64,000 bases of DNA from positions 1,612,001 through 1,676,000 of the forward strand of contig CATNEN010000031.1 of NCBI GenBank assembly GCA_950097015.1, in the 5' to 3' direction. This DNA comes from Macrostomum hystrix (Eukaryota; Animalia; Platyhelminthes). This document shows positions 1 through 17,552 of this stretch, one piece after another. The position numbers and the translations under genes were made by a program. Position 1 is the first letter of the stretch. Each line of letters starts with the position of its first letter. Under the pieces are notes generated by a model that worked only from the letters and a program-made list of their open reading frames with translations, made no database searches and had not been told where the DNA came from.

Positions 1-205
1 TTGTGATTTTATGGCTTTCAGCTTTGCGGGAAATTATGGTGAGATCGTCTGGCAGACACTCCTACGGTCGTTTTTTTTTTATCCGGAATTTAGAAGTGCT
101 TCTTTCATTTTCTCATGTTTAACCTTCTACGTTCTATTTCTTCGACCATATTCTGACGTCAGTTAATTAAATTTTTCCTACTTACTATAAAATAAAATTA
201 CTCAC

Positions 206-1872
206 CTTCGATTCATCGACGTCGCCCTGACGCGGCGCGCTCAACAACCTACTGAGCTCCGAGGTCAGTCGCCGCACCGTCCTCTTCAGCGACTGAATGT
301 CAGAGGCATCAGCGTAGCCCGAGTGACTCCGGCCGCTTTTCGAGCTTCGAGCTGTCGACTGACCAGCTGACACGGTGATGAGGATGGACGCCAGTGGTTT
401 AATGGGGCGCCACTACCAGGAGGGGAGCGCCACTACCAGGACGTGAGCGCCACTACCAGGACGGGAGTGCCACTGCCAGGACGGGAGCGCCACTACCAGG
501 AGGGGAGCTCCACTACCAGGACGGGAGCGCCACTACCAGGACGAGGTCGCCACTACCAGGACGGGAGCGCCACTACCAGGACGGGAGCGCCACTACCAGG
601 ACGGGGGTGCCACTACCAGGACGGGGGGCGCCACTACGAGGACGGGAGCGCCACTACCAGGAGGGGAGTGCCACTGCCAGAACTGGAGCGCCACTACCAG
701 GAGGGGAGCTCCACTACCAGGACGGGAGCGCCACTACCAGAACGGGAGCGCAACTACCAGGACGGGAGCGCCACTACCAGGACGGGAGCGCAACTACCAG
801 GACGGGAGCGCCACTACGAGGACGGGGGTGCCACATAGGTTCGTCAGCCGATTGGAGTGAGGGCTACCCCCTGGCTACGCCCCTGCCGCCTGGCTCAATC
901 TAAAGTAATATCTTTCTTATAGGATTAGTTTCTCTAATTTGCAACTTACTGGCTGCATTAGATTCCTTTACAGTCTCCCTTGCCAACTGGCTGTCGGCGA
1001 CGTCTACGTCGGCCATAAGATTTCCGAGCTGACTCAGGGCGGCGGCGTCGCGTTTGCCGGAGTCCCGTGGCGGCGACCGATCCGACTCAACTGATGCGAT
1101 GGAGAGCCCTTCGTCTTGCTTTACGCTTCGATGCGTTCGCTAGAGAAAAAAGGAAGAAACAAAAAATGTATTATTATTCCCGAGTAGATTAGAAACGAAT
1201 CAACAGAATCGCTCACCTGTTCATCAGAGTCTCTGGTGATGGCAGCTTGGGCTTCATTAAAAACTGAAAAAAGAAAATTAACTTGCAAGGCATCAATAAA
1301 AACCACAAATTTTATCGTCAATCTAGATTACTGAACTGAGCTAATCTCATACAATAAAACGAACTGAATGTACTGGATGTAATTATCAATCTCGTTGTTA
1401 TATACTCACCAACACTCTGAATGACATCTTCCACTGGTAAAGAAACTTCCGTCTTGTTTTCAGATAAACTGGCGCCCTGAATTTCCAGCTCATTGTTCGC
1501 CTTGACCCCGTTTGTCGTTTGAGCGACAGTGGATTTTGGAATTCTTACGGATCTATAAGGATTAGAAATCATAAATATTAATGATTTTGATCTATGCAAT
1601 AAAGTTGTGCAGACAGAGAAGCAAATCATGCTACATATAAAAATAGTCTGCATATGGCACATGCCTGTTTTTATTATCAAATCTTGAATGATCCACAAAT
1701 TCTTCAATCGGCTCGGGTACATCCATAGCATGTTCGGCATTTTTCGTCTCTTGTCCCTCCTGCAAAAACCGACAGTTTATTATTTAAAAAATGAAGAACT
1801 ATAAACTATAAGAACATAAAACTTTATACTCACATTACTTTTTAATGCTGCACGAGAATTTTCCTTTGTCAT
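206..1872 (-). CDS. Orphan Ser/Glu/Asp-rich multi-exon protein with a short predicted coiled coil; 3' partial (continues off the left edge)
   Basis: Phase-consistent exons on - strand: 1834-1872 ([13 protein letters not shown], tentative start), 1665-1759, 1410-1552, 1217-1263, 950-1139, 206-366. Donors are GTGAGT/GTGAGC/GTAAGT plus one GC donor at 1664. No family recognised. Confidence 0.7.
404..834. repeat. Minisatellite, 20-bp unit ACGGGAGCGCCACTACCAGG (intron of orphan gene)
   Basis: About 21 tandem copies read directly. Confidence 0.95.
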
Positions 1873-1879
1873 GCAACTC

Positions 1880-2337
1880 AGTGGGAAAAAGTTAAGCTTC
1901 TGTCTGAACTGAAATGACATTTTTATTGAGAAAATTCGCGATACTTTTTATAGAGGTCAGAATCAAACCCTGAATTCCTGAAATCCAAATTGAAAATCAC
2001 AACGAAAAGGCCTTAGTTGAATTTCAACGCTCACGCATTCAACGGCTAAAGAAACAATATTATCATTGTTTTCTGCTAATTTGATATTTAGAAAATATTT
2101 CACAATTTATATTTTGCTTCTCCTAACATGCAACTTATACTTGTAAATTCTTTATTTCTATATTTGTTAAAGTGAGCTTTAGCGTCATCTACGCGCAACA
2201 ATTCCAAGTTGCGTGATTTTAAACCAGATTCCGTGACCACTAAATTAATCTGACAGCGCCAATATATATATTATATTATATTATATACACTTGTATATTT
2301 CACTACAATAAATCTTCACAATTGCAAAGCAGCTATC
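1880..2337. promoter_or_regulatory. Putative shared (head-to-head) promoter of the orphan gene and VPS4-A
   Basis: Divergent start codons at 1872 (-) and 2338 (+), under 500 bp apart; no motif-level proof. Confidence 0.35.
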
Positions 2338-4826
2338 ATGGCTACGTTGCAAGTAAGTCTAGGAAGTTTATTTTTGTCTTTGTTATATCCACTTTCTCAT
2401 AATCCTAACTGCTATAAATGCTAAATGCTAACGTATAAAGCTAAGCGTGCAGCGCTCTGATTTTTGCGAATTGCTTTTCATAAGCCTTATTCCACGTATG
2501 TAAAAAATGTTATTTTTTCATGTCGGCATTTTTTTGTATTTTGTAGTTAAATATATATACGAGTATATATATCACAATTTTAGCCATAAGTTAAAACCAC
2601 AAGTCCGTGTATTGCACATTAACTTCGAGTGTATTATGAAAGTTTTTCTGTCACCGACACCAATTGTGTTTTCTTCAACACAATGGCTAAGTTTAAAACT
2701 TATTGGTAAATAAATAGCATAGTTTATTTTAACAATTTCATCACAAAAATTGAATTGAATTTAACAATTTTTTTTACTTTTACATGCCGCGATTTTGAGT
2801 GACTGCGAGTGATTGTCCGATGCTTCGAATTTCTGGTTTCATTTGTGTTTCTGTTTTTTAGAATATATAACTTACATTAATGGTCGCTTTTACTTTACGA
2901 GGTTATTTATTCCTGCTGCTGTCCTGATACTGCCAATCATTCTAAAATCACTCTATTGTTTCTCGACTCGATCTATATCACCTATAAAGAGTTCAAATTA
3001 TGCGATAAATTTTTCTCGCTAATTCCAGAAGGCGATTGACATTGTAAGTAAAGCCACAGAGGAGGACCGGGCCAGGAACTATGAAGAGGCGCAGCGTCTG
3101 TACCAGCATGGTGTCGAGTACTTCCTGCATGCCATGAAATACGAAGCACACAATGGAAGATCGAAGGAATTGATTAGGGAGAAGTGCAAAGAATATCTAA
3201 AGCGAGCTGAGGATTTGAAGAAGTATCTGTGTCGGGACAGCAAGAAGCCAGTTCGGGCCGCTTCTGGAGGTTGCCTCGGCAGCAGGAAAACTAATAGCAA
3301 AGAGTCGGAGGATGATGGATGTGAGTCTGAGTCTAAAAAGTTCAAGGACGTGCTCTCGGGCGCCATTGTGATAGAGAAGCCCAACGTGACCTGGAATGAT
3401 GTCGCTGGCCTAGACATGGCCAAGGAAGCATTGAAGGAAACCGTCATTTTGCCAAATAAGTTTCCTCGCATGTTCAGAGGAAAGCGGACTCCTTGGCGCG
3501 GCTTCCTGCTGTATGGACCACCAGGAACGGGTAAATTAAAACCCTTGCCTAATGCCTACAGATTGTTTTGTTGTTTATCAGTACACGATCAGTACCCCAC
3601 AGAAAGTTCCGCATCTATTATAGTTTACTATCTATTATTATACTTTAGAGATTAGTTCAAGTACAGTTTCAAAAAATAATTTCGTTTGCTCTTTCGAAGA
3701 AACTATCTTGCTGACTAAAAACAGCCAATAAAAATGAACCCCTCAGGCAAGAGCTTCCTGGCCAAAGCGGTGGCCACTGAGGCCAACAACTCGACCTTCC
3801 TCAGCGTGTCATCATCTGACCTGGTCTCCAAGTGGCTCGGAGAGTCAGAGAAGCTCGTCAAAAACCTGTTTGAACTGGCCCGCGACAACAAGCCGTCGAT
3901 CATCTTCATTGACGAGATTGACTCGCTGTGCAGCTCTCGCTCCGAGAATGAAAGCGAAAGTGCCAGGCGCATCAAGACGGAGTTTCTGGTACAGATGCAG
4001 GGCGTTGGCAACAACACAGACGGAGTGCTGGTGCTGGCGGCCACCAACATTCCCTGGGTTCTGGACGCTGCTATTCGGCGCCGATTCGAAAAGCGAATCT
4101 ATATCCCCCTGCCGGAGGCGCCAGCCAGGGCCTACATGTTCAAGCTGCATATTGGCGACATGCCGCATGAGCTTACAGAGCGCAACTTTCAGGTGAGACT
4201 GACGTACGAGTACATATTCGACACAGTAGTGATGAAAATACAATTTTTCGTGTCTCTGATAGAATGCCAGCATTATATTTAGACAATAGCCCTTGACAAA
4301 TTGATAAATAAAAATTAGTAATAGTCTGCTGCGGGTGTGGGCACTGACTCGTCATTTTTGCGTCAGCATTGATTCCCAGCGAGCGAGGAGCGAGTTGGCA
4401 ATTATCTCCATAGTACGAGCGTAATTAACTGAAGTGGCTGAAAACGGCAATGGCTTCCCAATCTAACATCAGGACTTGGCCAACCGCACCGTTGGCTACT
4501 CCGGCGCCGACATCTCCATCGTGGTTCGCGACGCTCTGATGATGCCCGTGCGCAAAGTTCAGAGCGCCACCCATTTCAAGCGGGTCTCCGGGCCGTCTCA
4601 GGACGATCCCAGCGTTATTGTGCACGACCTGCTCACACCGTGCAGCCCCGGCGACAGCGGTGCCATCGAGATGTCCTGGACAGACATTGAAGGCGACAAG
4701 CTGCAGGAGCCGGTCATGACCATGCAGGACATCTTGTTCAGCCTGAGTCGCACCAAACCGACAGTTAATGGCGATGATTTGAAGCAGTTGAAGAAATTCA
4801 CCGAAGACTTTGGCCAGGAGGGTTGA
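2338..4826 (+). CDS. VPS4: VPS4 AAA-ATPase, copy A (MIT + AAA + beta domain)
   Basis: Exons 2338-2352 (MATLQ|gtaagt), 3029-3530, 3747-4192, 4473-4826. MIT start KAIDIV, Walker A GPPGTG|KS, Walker B IIFIDEID, pore loop SKWLGESEK, Arg finger IRRRFEKR, C-terminal FTEDFGQEG. Confidence 0.96.
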
Positions 4827-6930
4827 GCACAGGACTTTGAGCTGAGACTGGCCGGAAATTTGCTCGCGTTGTGTGCAGTTTGTCTTTTTATAACCAGTCA
4901 TTTACGGCCGCGAACCACACACCTCCTGATTAAAAATGATTTGCTTTAGACATTTAGGATCCACATTTACAGTCGAAAAAACTCTATAGAAATAATTTTA
5001 AGGGAATGAATTAAATATTGTTAAAAGGCAAAAAAATTACGATTTGCGAGATAAACATCCTTTAAAGCCTCTAGAGATCGTTGGTACATACGCTCGTACA
5101 TGCCGATGTTTACTGAAACTCATTGTCATGATTCGCGACTGTCTTCTGAATACCGCCTTTTTTTATTCCATTTGGCTGTATACAGCATATATTAGTACCA
5201 CAGTGTATACTATCTAGCGCTGAAATTATTTCTTATATATCCAGCTAAAATATATTAGATGTTAAATGTTATTTTACGGACAAAAATCATGGACTTGGAA
5301 TTATATTCCCAGATTTCTTTGCATGACGCTAACTTCTTAATTTTATACGAATCGATAATAACCTTTAATTGAACTTTTAATTTAACCGCTCTAGTTTTCT
5401 TAGGCGCTTTAAACTTTCTTCGTCTCGTTTTTATTTAAAGTCATGCATTGCGTAGTGCCCAATTTCAATCAATTATAGCTTCGGAATTCGAGCCGACAGG
5501 AACGTCTGAAGTTCGAATCTCAGCCTAGGGAACGTAAACAGCTAGCGATATTCATTTTAACGTCATCTGATCAACGTAGGCCGTTTTGTTTCAGGCAAAT
5601 CCTTTATGCAAAATGCAAAAAAATAAATAAATAATTCACACGTTTTGAAACAATTAATTCGAGACTGTGCTTGCTTTGCACATCGGCTCAATTGAACAAT
5701 AAAACAGCATGAAAGTTCTATATTCTGAGCAAAATATGTACGATTGAACTTTAAATACGATGCAGAAAAAAAATTGATTTAACATAAATCCATTAATAAC
5801 ATAAATCATTTAAGGGAAACGATTTTCCAGACTAGCTACTGTTGATGATGGAATTAATGTCAAGGTTCGATTCCGATAAAAAATAATACCAGCTACACAT
5901 GAGCCATAGACTAAAAATTTTGCTTTACATGCTATACACACGCGTACATTTAACTGTAAAATTACCGGAACAGTTGCTAAATTACTAAATTATGCAGGCC
6001 GTTCTGAATTACTAGCCAGTTTACTGCACGTTACTGAAACTAAACTGGTGATTTGTTTGAATCTCAGGACACAGTGTGTCTCTTTGAGCAAGCTACAATT
6101 TGTTTTCAGTTTCTTCAGTTCAGCCATCTGCAAATGAAAACGGTTCCAAGCATTCGCTTATTTTAATAAAGTACAGTATTAATACGTTATCGTCGATATT
6201 TTACTCTCAATTTTGGAAGCAAAATTCGTAAATTTGTTTCTTTTTAGCTGCACAATTCGGCCGAGTTCGTCAATATCATTCATGATGAAGTACCAAGGAC
6301 CACTAGGAGAAAACTTTTATTCTGAGTGGTCCTGGTTCTTTGAAATACTTAAAGGAAAATCCGAGCCAATTCACTTGAACAACAGACATACATGAGCCAA
6401 AATAATCCGTCATTACTCATTTCCCATTTGATTCTTAAAGGCAGGCGTATGAGCCGAATGCACAAGAATCTCATTTCGCACTTTTGCAAGACTTCTGTCA
6501 TTGCTTAGTAACTAGTAGTTTTGAAGTAATCAGGCCCAGGGGGCCAGCTTTAAAATAACTTGAAACTTTAAATTTCTTACATGTTTCAGTTTCTGTCTGA
6601 TACCAACTCTGTCACCTCCGCAATTCCATAATTTAAGTACCTTAGAGGTAACTGCACCTTTAAAGAAAAATTTGTTAGAGACATGCCGCTTATAGTAATA
6701 CACGCGTTTTGGTTTTGTTTTATCGATAAGTGTGAGCGTTTACACTGGCGATAATTCAAGCTATTGTTTCTGACGATTTTTACATTCGTACTAGGAAACT
6801 TTAACTTCTTTTTTGAGTACCTATCCTTCATTTTATATAAGGACCAGCCAATTAATACTTTAGCTGCATAATATACGTACTAGAGCAGTTTGTCCGTAAA
6901 TTCGGGAAACTTCGAAAATTAAAGCCAAAC

Positions 6931-11716
<4,786 letters not shown>

Positions 11717-12823
11717 GCACAGGAGGGTTGAGCACAGGACTTGAGCAGGAGCGATCTGAGCCCGCGCCTTCTAACTTAGGCTTTCCTAGTTATTTTTTCA
11801 TGATCAGACAACCAGATGAAAGAGAATTTGATGAACATGCAGATGACACGTCTGGCAAAATGCGAACTCCAATTGAGACTTCGATTTCACAGTTTTTATT
11901 GCAGAATCAACTCCTTTGCGCTGTCCTATTTTTGTTGATCCCAATCGATTTTCCATATGTCCGATCTGCTCTGCTATTGTTAAGCTATTCTTGTATAACT
12001 GCTTCGTTTGTACAATTGCTCTTTAAGACTGGTAATCTAAACTAACTACTTGTGGGTAGTATGTAGTGCTTCTACAGTTAAGGAATTGTTTAGAAATTTA
12101 TATTTAATGTTAAAACTGTTAACTAATTGAAAATTCTATCTAAGTAACTGTTAATTTTCTTTTACTACAGCGTTAATCTGTACATATATATGCATTGACA
12201 GCCTCCAAGTAAGATATAAATGTTTATTTCCTTGTTTACATTAGTTACCCAGTCTGCGTTGGTATCAGCACAATCCACAGATGTTGCAGCGGCATCTGGT
12301 TATGTAAAATTGTTTTTTTTTCAAACTAATTAGCTCCATCTGCAGCACTTGGCTACGCTAAATTATTCAGAAATATCTGCTGCTCTCACTACTGCATCTC
12401 CGCCTGTGTCTCTTGTCTCAGATACCGTGTTTACTTAGTAGCGAATTGATTACAGCAAAACTAACGGAAGATGAATGTGTGCAGTGTCTCTGTGATTGCT
12501 GCTTGTTTCTGTGTGTCTGCTATTCTAGATTTTTTAGTTCTTGTTATTTATTTGTCCTCAATCCTAATTGTCTGCTTCGGTTGACCGTCGCACTGAAATT
12601 TCTTGTTGCTTAAAAATTCTAAATAAAAAGTTAATTTTGATAGCACTGACCCTTCCTACTTCCGGACCTATTGTTAACAAATACATTCGCGTCAGTGGAA
12701 TGATGCCGTAAAATAATGGGTATTCTATCATTTCTCTGCCTGGCAATATGTTATAATAAATCCCTGCTTTTATTCCGTCATCTGTGTCTGACTCCTTTTA
12801 TTTGATTTATGTCAATGAACACT

Positions 12824-13868
12824 ATCCACAGACCACCCACACTGTCCACTCACCACCCACACTGTCCACTCACCACCCACACTGTCCACTAACCACCCAC
12901 ACTGTCCACTCACCACCCACACTGTCCACTCACCACCCACACTGTCCACTCACCACCCACACTGTCCACTCATCACCCACACTGTCCACTCACCACCCAC
13001 ACTGTCCAATCACCACCCACACTGTCCACTCACCACCCACACGATCCACAGACCCCCACACTGTCCACTCACCACCCACACTGTCCACAGACAACCCACA
13101 CTGTCCAATCACCACCCACACTGTCCACTCACCACCCACACTGTCCACTCACCACCCACACTGTCCACAGACAACCCACACTGTCCAATCACCACCCACA
13201 CTGTCCACTCACCACCCACACTGTCCACTCACCACCCACACTGTCCACTCACCACCCACACTGTCCACTCACCACCCACACTGTCCACTAACCACCCAAA
13301 CTGTCCACTCACCACCCACACTGTCCACTCACCACCCACACTGTCCACTCACCACCCACATTGTCCACTAACCACCCAAACTGTCCACTCACCACCCACA
13401 CTGTCCACTCACCACCCACACTGTCCACTCACCACCCACACTGTCCAATCACCACCCACACTGTCCACTCACCACCCACACTGTCCACTCACCACCCACA
13501 CTGTCCACTCATCACCCACACTGTCCACTCACCACCCACACTGTCCAATCACCACCCACACTGTCCACTCACCACCCACACGATCCACAGACCCCCACAC
13601 TGTCCACTCACCACCCACACTGTCCACAGACAACCCACACTGTCCAATCACCACCCACACTGTCCACTCACCACCCACACTGTCCACTCACCACCCACAC
13701 TGTCCACAGACAACCCACACTGTCCAATCACCACCCACACTGTCCACTCACCACCCACACTGTCCACAGACAACCAACACTGTCCACTAACCACCCACAC
13801 GATCCACAGACCCCCACACTGTACAGAGACCACTTACACTGTCCACAGACAACCCACACTGTCCACTC
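12824..13868. repeat. Minisatellite, 20-bp unit CTGTCCACTCACCACCCACA (between convergent VPS4-B and GPCR)
   Basis: About 50 copies. Confidence 0.95.
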
Positions 13869-14494
13869 CCCATCCGCCGCACATTTTTCACTCGAAATAC
13901 TCGTAATTGTTAGGAGTACTATATGCTTTGGTATTGGAGCGATACCATTGGATTTTGTGTATATTTGATAAGGCAAAATACAGCTGTCTGGGTGCAGGAA
14001 TAAAATAAGGCATTAGATAATCAGGTCAGTGTAAACCAGAACACAAGGTTAAGCAGCTCATTGTGCATGTAAAATAGATTCAAAGTTTAAATTACCACGA
14101 ACCAAAAAGAGCAAATTACTGTAAGAATAAAACCTCAGCCAGTGTGTTTAGCTAGCTAACTTCCAGTTAAATGTTTCCTTATTAGAATGGCAATAACACT
14201 TTTTTCTCAGCTAAAATATCGATTATCGATCAATATAATCGGTAGTTTTAAAAGGCGGAATCCATGTTAATGAAGTCAGATCACCAGATGAAATAGGCGA
14301 TGAAAATGAGCCGAGAAAAAGATTTCTATGTTTGAGAACAGTATTTCCCATTCACACATGTGTGCACTGCGATTTAGAATCTCGATTCATCCCAATCCAT
14401 GTTTTAAATGGGGAAATCAAACGAAACATATTATTCACATTTGTTCTGATTGGCTCAAGCACTCCCAGCCATTGTACACCAGTCAGGGGCCAGC

Positions 14495-17400
14495 TCAGTC
14501 CAGTCGGCAGGTCAGCAGGTTGACCAAGCCAGCCCGGTACTGGCGAGAGAACACGAAGTAGATGACAGGATTAGTGGCACTGGGCAGCAGGTAGAGCAGG
14601 TAGATGGCCACTACTAGGACATCCAGGGACTGATTGAGCGCCGCAATCGCCGGATTAGAAAACAGAATCAGCACGTAGATTGTCTTCGGCAGCTTGCAGA
14701 GGAAGAACAGCAGCACGATGGCTATAAACATCTGCACCGTGCGCTTCCTGGCCTCCGCCGGGTTGCTCTGGCCAGCCGACTTGGCCGAAGATTTCTTCGG
14801 ATTGATCTTCGTGGTCTCGGTGGGCTGCGGCAGTTTGCGGTCCTTCAGATGCTGCTGCTGCTGCTGCTGCTGCTGCAAGTGTGTGAGTCCGGCTGTTCAG
14901 TCCATGGACTGGGGGGACGCCAGACCCACCTTCAATTAACCTAGCTAATTCTAGCACTCAGTTACCTATTTTTTTCAGTGAAGCTGGGAATCGAACCCCG
15001 ACCTTAAAGTAGTGAGTCAGACGCTCTAACCACTAGGCTACAACCCTCGATCACAAGAAAGCTCTCGATTTTTTGTGTCGCTTGTAACGTTGGATAGGTG
15101 CTCAAGTCGATGGAGAAGCGTTTGAGTCGCAGCTAACGAGGGTTTTTTAAAGGACCCTCCTAACCGTTTTTATGTGCATGATGCCTAAGCGAAATGGACA
15201 AAATTGCTAGTTGACGCCATACCTTTTCTGTGATCTCCTGCTGCTTCGCAGCTGGCACCGCCTCCTCAGCGCCGCCCTCAGACGTAGCCTCGCTGGTAAC
15301 AATGGTCGTCGTCGCTTCATCACCACCACCACCGCGGCTTCTACCGCCGCCGTCGTGACCACCGCCAGAGAACTTAATGCCGAACTGGTTGATGCTGCTC
15401 AGCAGGCGGGCGCTCACCCGGCCGTAGGCGAAGGCCATGATGAGGAACGGGATGACGTAGAGCAGGGCGACGCTGACACAGTAATAAATGAAGAAAAAGT
15501 CCTTCAGGCTGCTCGTCACCTGGCACATCCGGGAGACGCTTTCGTAGTTGAAAAAGTACAGGTTGGGCAGCGCGAAGAACACGGCGAACAGCCAGCAGCA
15601 GAGGCTGACCACCACGTACCAATGCTTCTTGCGGTGCTGCCGCTGTGTCAGGGGGTAGAGAATGGCCAAGTAGCGGTCGATGCTGATGATCAGCAGGATG
15701 CAGACGCTGCCGCTTAAGACGGTCACCTGCAGAACCTGCTGAAATTTGCACATGAACTGCCAGGCAGGGTGTGGAGGTGTTGCAGTTTCGATTTCTTTCA
15801 TTACGAAAGTCTAGATAGGTAGATAAATTTACGTAACCCAGTTGGGCGGGCTCTACAGCTAGAGGTAGGTCGCCACATTACCCGAATTTTACTTGGGGCT
15901 ACTTCTCGTAAGTGTCTATCTTAAACACACGAATTGTATCCCTTAAGCTGACGGGGTCAGTGGCAGAGCGGTTAACGCGTTTGTCTCTCTCACCTAGGTT
16001 CCTGGGCTCGAATCCGCGGCGAGGACACTTTAATTTGGGACGCAGAGAAGGCTTGGGGGCTTGTCGTGCAATTTACGCCGTTGAGGGCCAACCTCCAAGG
16101 CACAGTGAGAGTGTACACTGCCTGACGATGAGCAAGTCAGGGCAGATGTACACACCTGTGTGCCTGCGTACAGAATCTGTGTGCTTGTGTGCTCAGGAGT
16201 CAGCGAAACGAAGCAGAATCGCCTGATGACACCAATCGTTTAGTGTCATCAAATGATGTGCCATTGCCCGTAGCCTTGCTGCAATTTTTATTACTATTAT
16301 ATCTTTTAGAATGAAATTCGAACTCTCGACCTTTGAGTCCGAAGTCTCCTCCGAATCACTAACCAATAGGCCACAAGCGCAAGAGCTTAGAAATCATACA
16401 TAAAACGGAAGTACTAATATGTTGGCCAAGACTCACAGGTGCGTTGCTGTAGGCCGCACTGCTGGCCTGCAAGCTGCTCTCCAGGTAGGCTTGCACGCCG
16501 CTGAATACGCCGACACTGAAGTCGGCGACTGCCAGATTGATGATCAGGATGTTCGTGATGGATCGGCGCATTGTCTTGTTGGCCAGAATGACGCTGATCA
16601 CCGTGATGTTTCCTGTGCGGTTTTTCACCATGTTCCAGGGTTTTCTATCCAATTTGGTTTCAACCACAGATACTGAATACCCAATACTAAAAATACTAAA
16701 TACTAAATAAGGGTATTTAGTATCTGTGGTTTCAACAGCTTTCCAATTCTAGATCAAATGTTTGAGGGATTTGAGATCTGCTCACAGGAGGACAGAGGTT
16801 GGCTGACACCAGCTGACGGATCTGGGATCAGGTCACAGGAGGACAGAGGTTGGCTGACACCTGTGACAGAGGTCACAGGAGGACAGAGGTTGGCTGACAC
16901 CAGCTGACGGATCTGGGATCTGCTCACAGGAGGACAGAGGTTGGCTGACACCAGCTGACGGATCTGGGATCAGGTCACAGGAGGACAGAGGTTGGCTGAC
17001 ACCTGTGACAGAGGTCACAGGAGGACAGAGGTTGGCTGACACCAGCTGACGGATCTGGGATCTGCTCACAGGAGGACAGAGGTTGGCTGACACCAGCTGA
17101 CGGATCTGGGATCAGGTCACAGGAGGACAGAGGTTGGCTGACACCAGCTGACGGATCTGGGATCAGGTCACAGGAGGACAGAGGTTGGCTGACACTGGCT
17201 GAAGGATCTGGGATGCCCTGCTAAGTACATGTCAAACACTTTCATAGCTTGTCAACTCACCCAGCATGCAGCTAATGGACAGGAAGCAGTAGATGACAAT
17301 AATGGCAATCTCCCTGGCGCTGTCCATGTTGTAAGCCAAATTATTTCCGCCAGTATAATTGGCATAGGCGTCAGTTTTGGCGCAAGCCTTCACGTAGGCA

Positions 17401-17552
17401 TCCATGGCTGTGACATTGAACCTGAGTTCTGGAATAGACATAGCCTTTAGCTGGCACAGTTGCTCCATCGGCGTGGCATCCGTGGTGGCGCCGTCAGCGG
17501 TGCTGTTGCTGCTGCTTCCACTTCCAAGCACTAACCTCATCAGCTCGTCCAT
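14495..17552 (-). CDS. Class A (rhodopsin-like) neuropeptide GPCR, about 477 aa; orexin/allatotropin- or tachykinin-receptor-like, subfamily unresolved
   Basis: Phase-consistent exons 17261-17552, 16437-16612, 15223-15810, 14495-14872. TM1 GN, TM2 NLAVAD, TM3 SIDRYLAI, TM6 FFLCKLP, TM7 NPVIY; N-terminal N-glycosylation sequons. Confidence 0.9.
14880..15050 (-). mobile_element. SINE family 2, internally shortened copy ending at the GPCR exon-4 acceptor
   Basis: Head gtagcctagtggttagagcgtctgactc...ggttcgattccc and 3' segment gtccccccagtccatggactgaacagccg both match 26287-26500. Confidence 0.75.
15953..16301 (+). mobile_element. tRNA-derived SINE family 1, near full-length copy (GPCR intron 2)
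   Basis: A box TGGCAGAGCGG, B box GGGCTCGAATCC, (ATT)-rich tail; body is homologous to 47040-47402 and 54645-54895. Confidence 0.85.
16665..16728. mobile_element. 64-bp MITE-like hairpin with 8-bp target-site duplication (hAT-like)
   Basis: TIRs cacagatactgaataccc / gggtatttagtatctgtg (17/18 match); flanking direct repeat GTTTCAAC at 16657-16664 and 16729-16736. Confidence 0.75.
16775..17215. repeat. Composite minisatellite, about 51-bp unit with CACAGGAGGACAGAGGTTGGCTGACACC core (GPCR intron 1)
   Basis: Alternating long and short units. Confidence 0.9.

Noticed and set aside
3715-4901. Antisense and alternative-frame ORFs over VPS4, GPCR, MAST, PPP1R2 and Fat exons
   Set aside because: Shadow ORFs expected from GC-rich, stop-poor coding sequence; the real frame has clear family motifs.
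12784-13976. His/Thr/Pro-rich ORFs (also 443-903, 29122-30150, 57206-57742, 16754-17093, 37523-37853)
   Set aside because: Translations of minisatellites; units are mostly not multiples of 3 or are out of frame with neighbouring exons.
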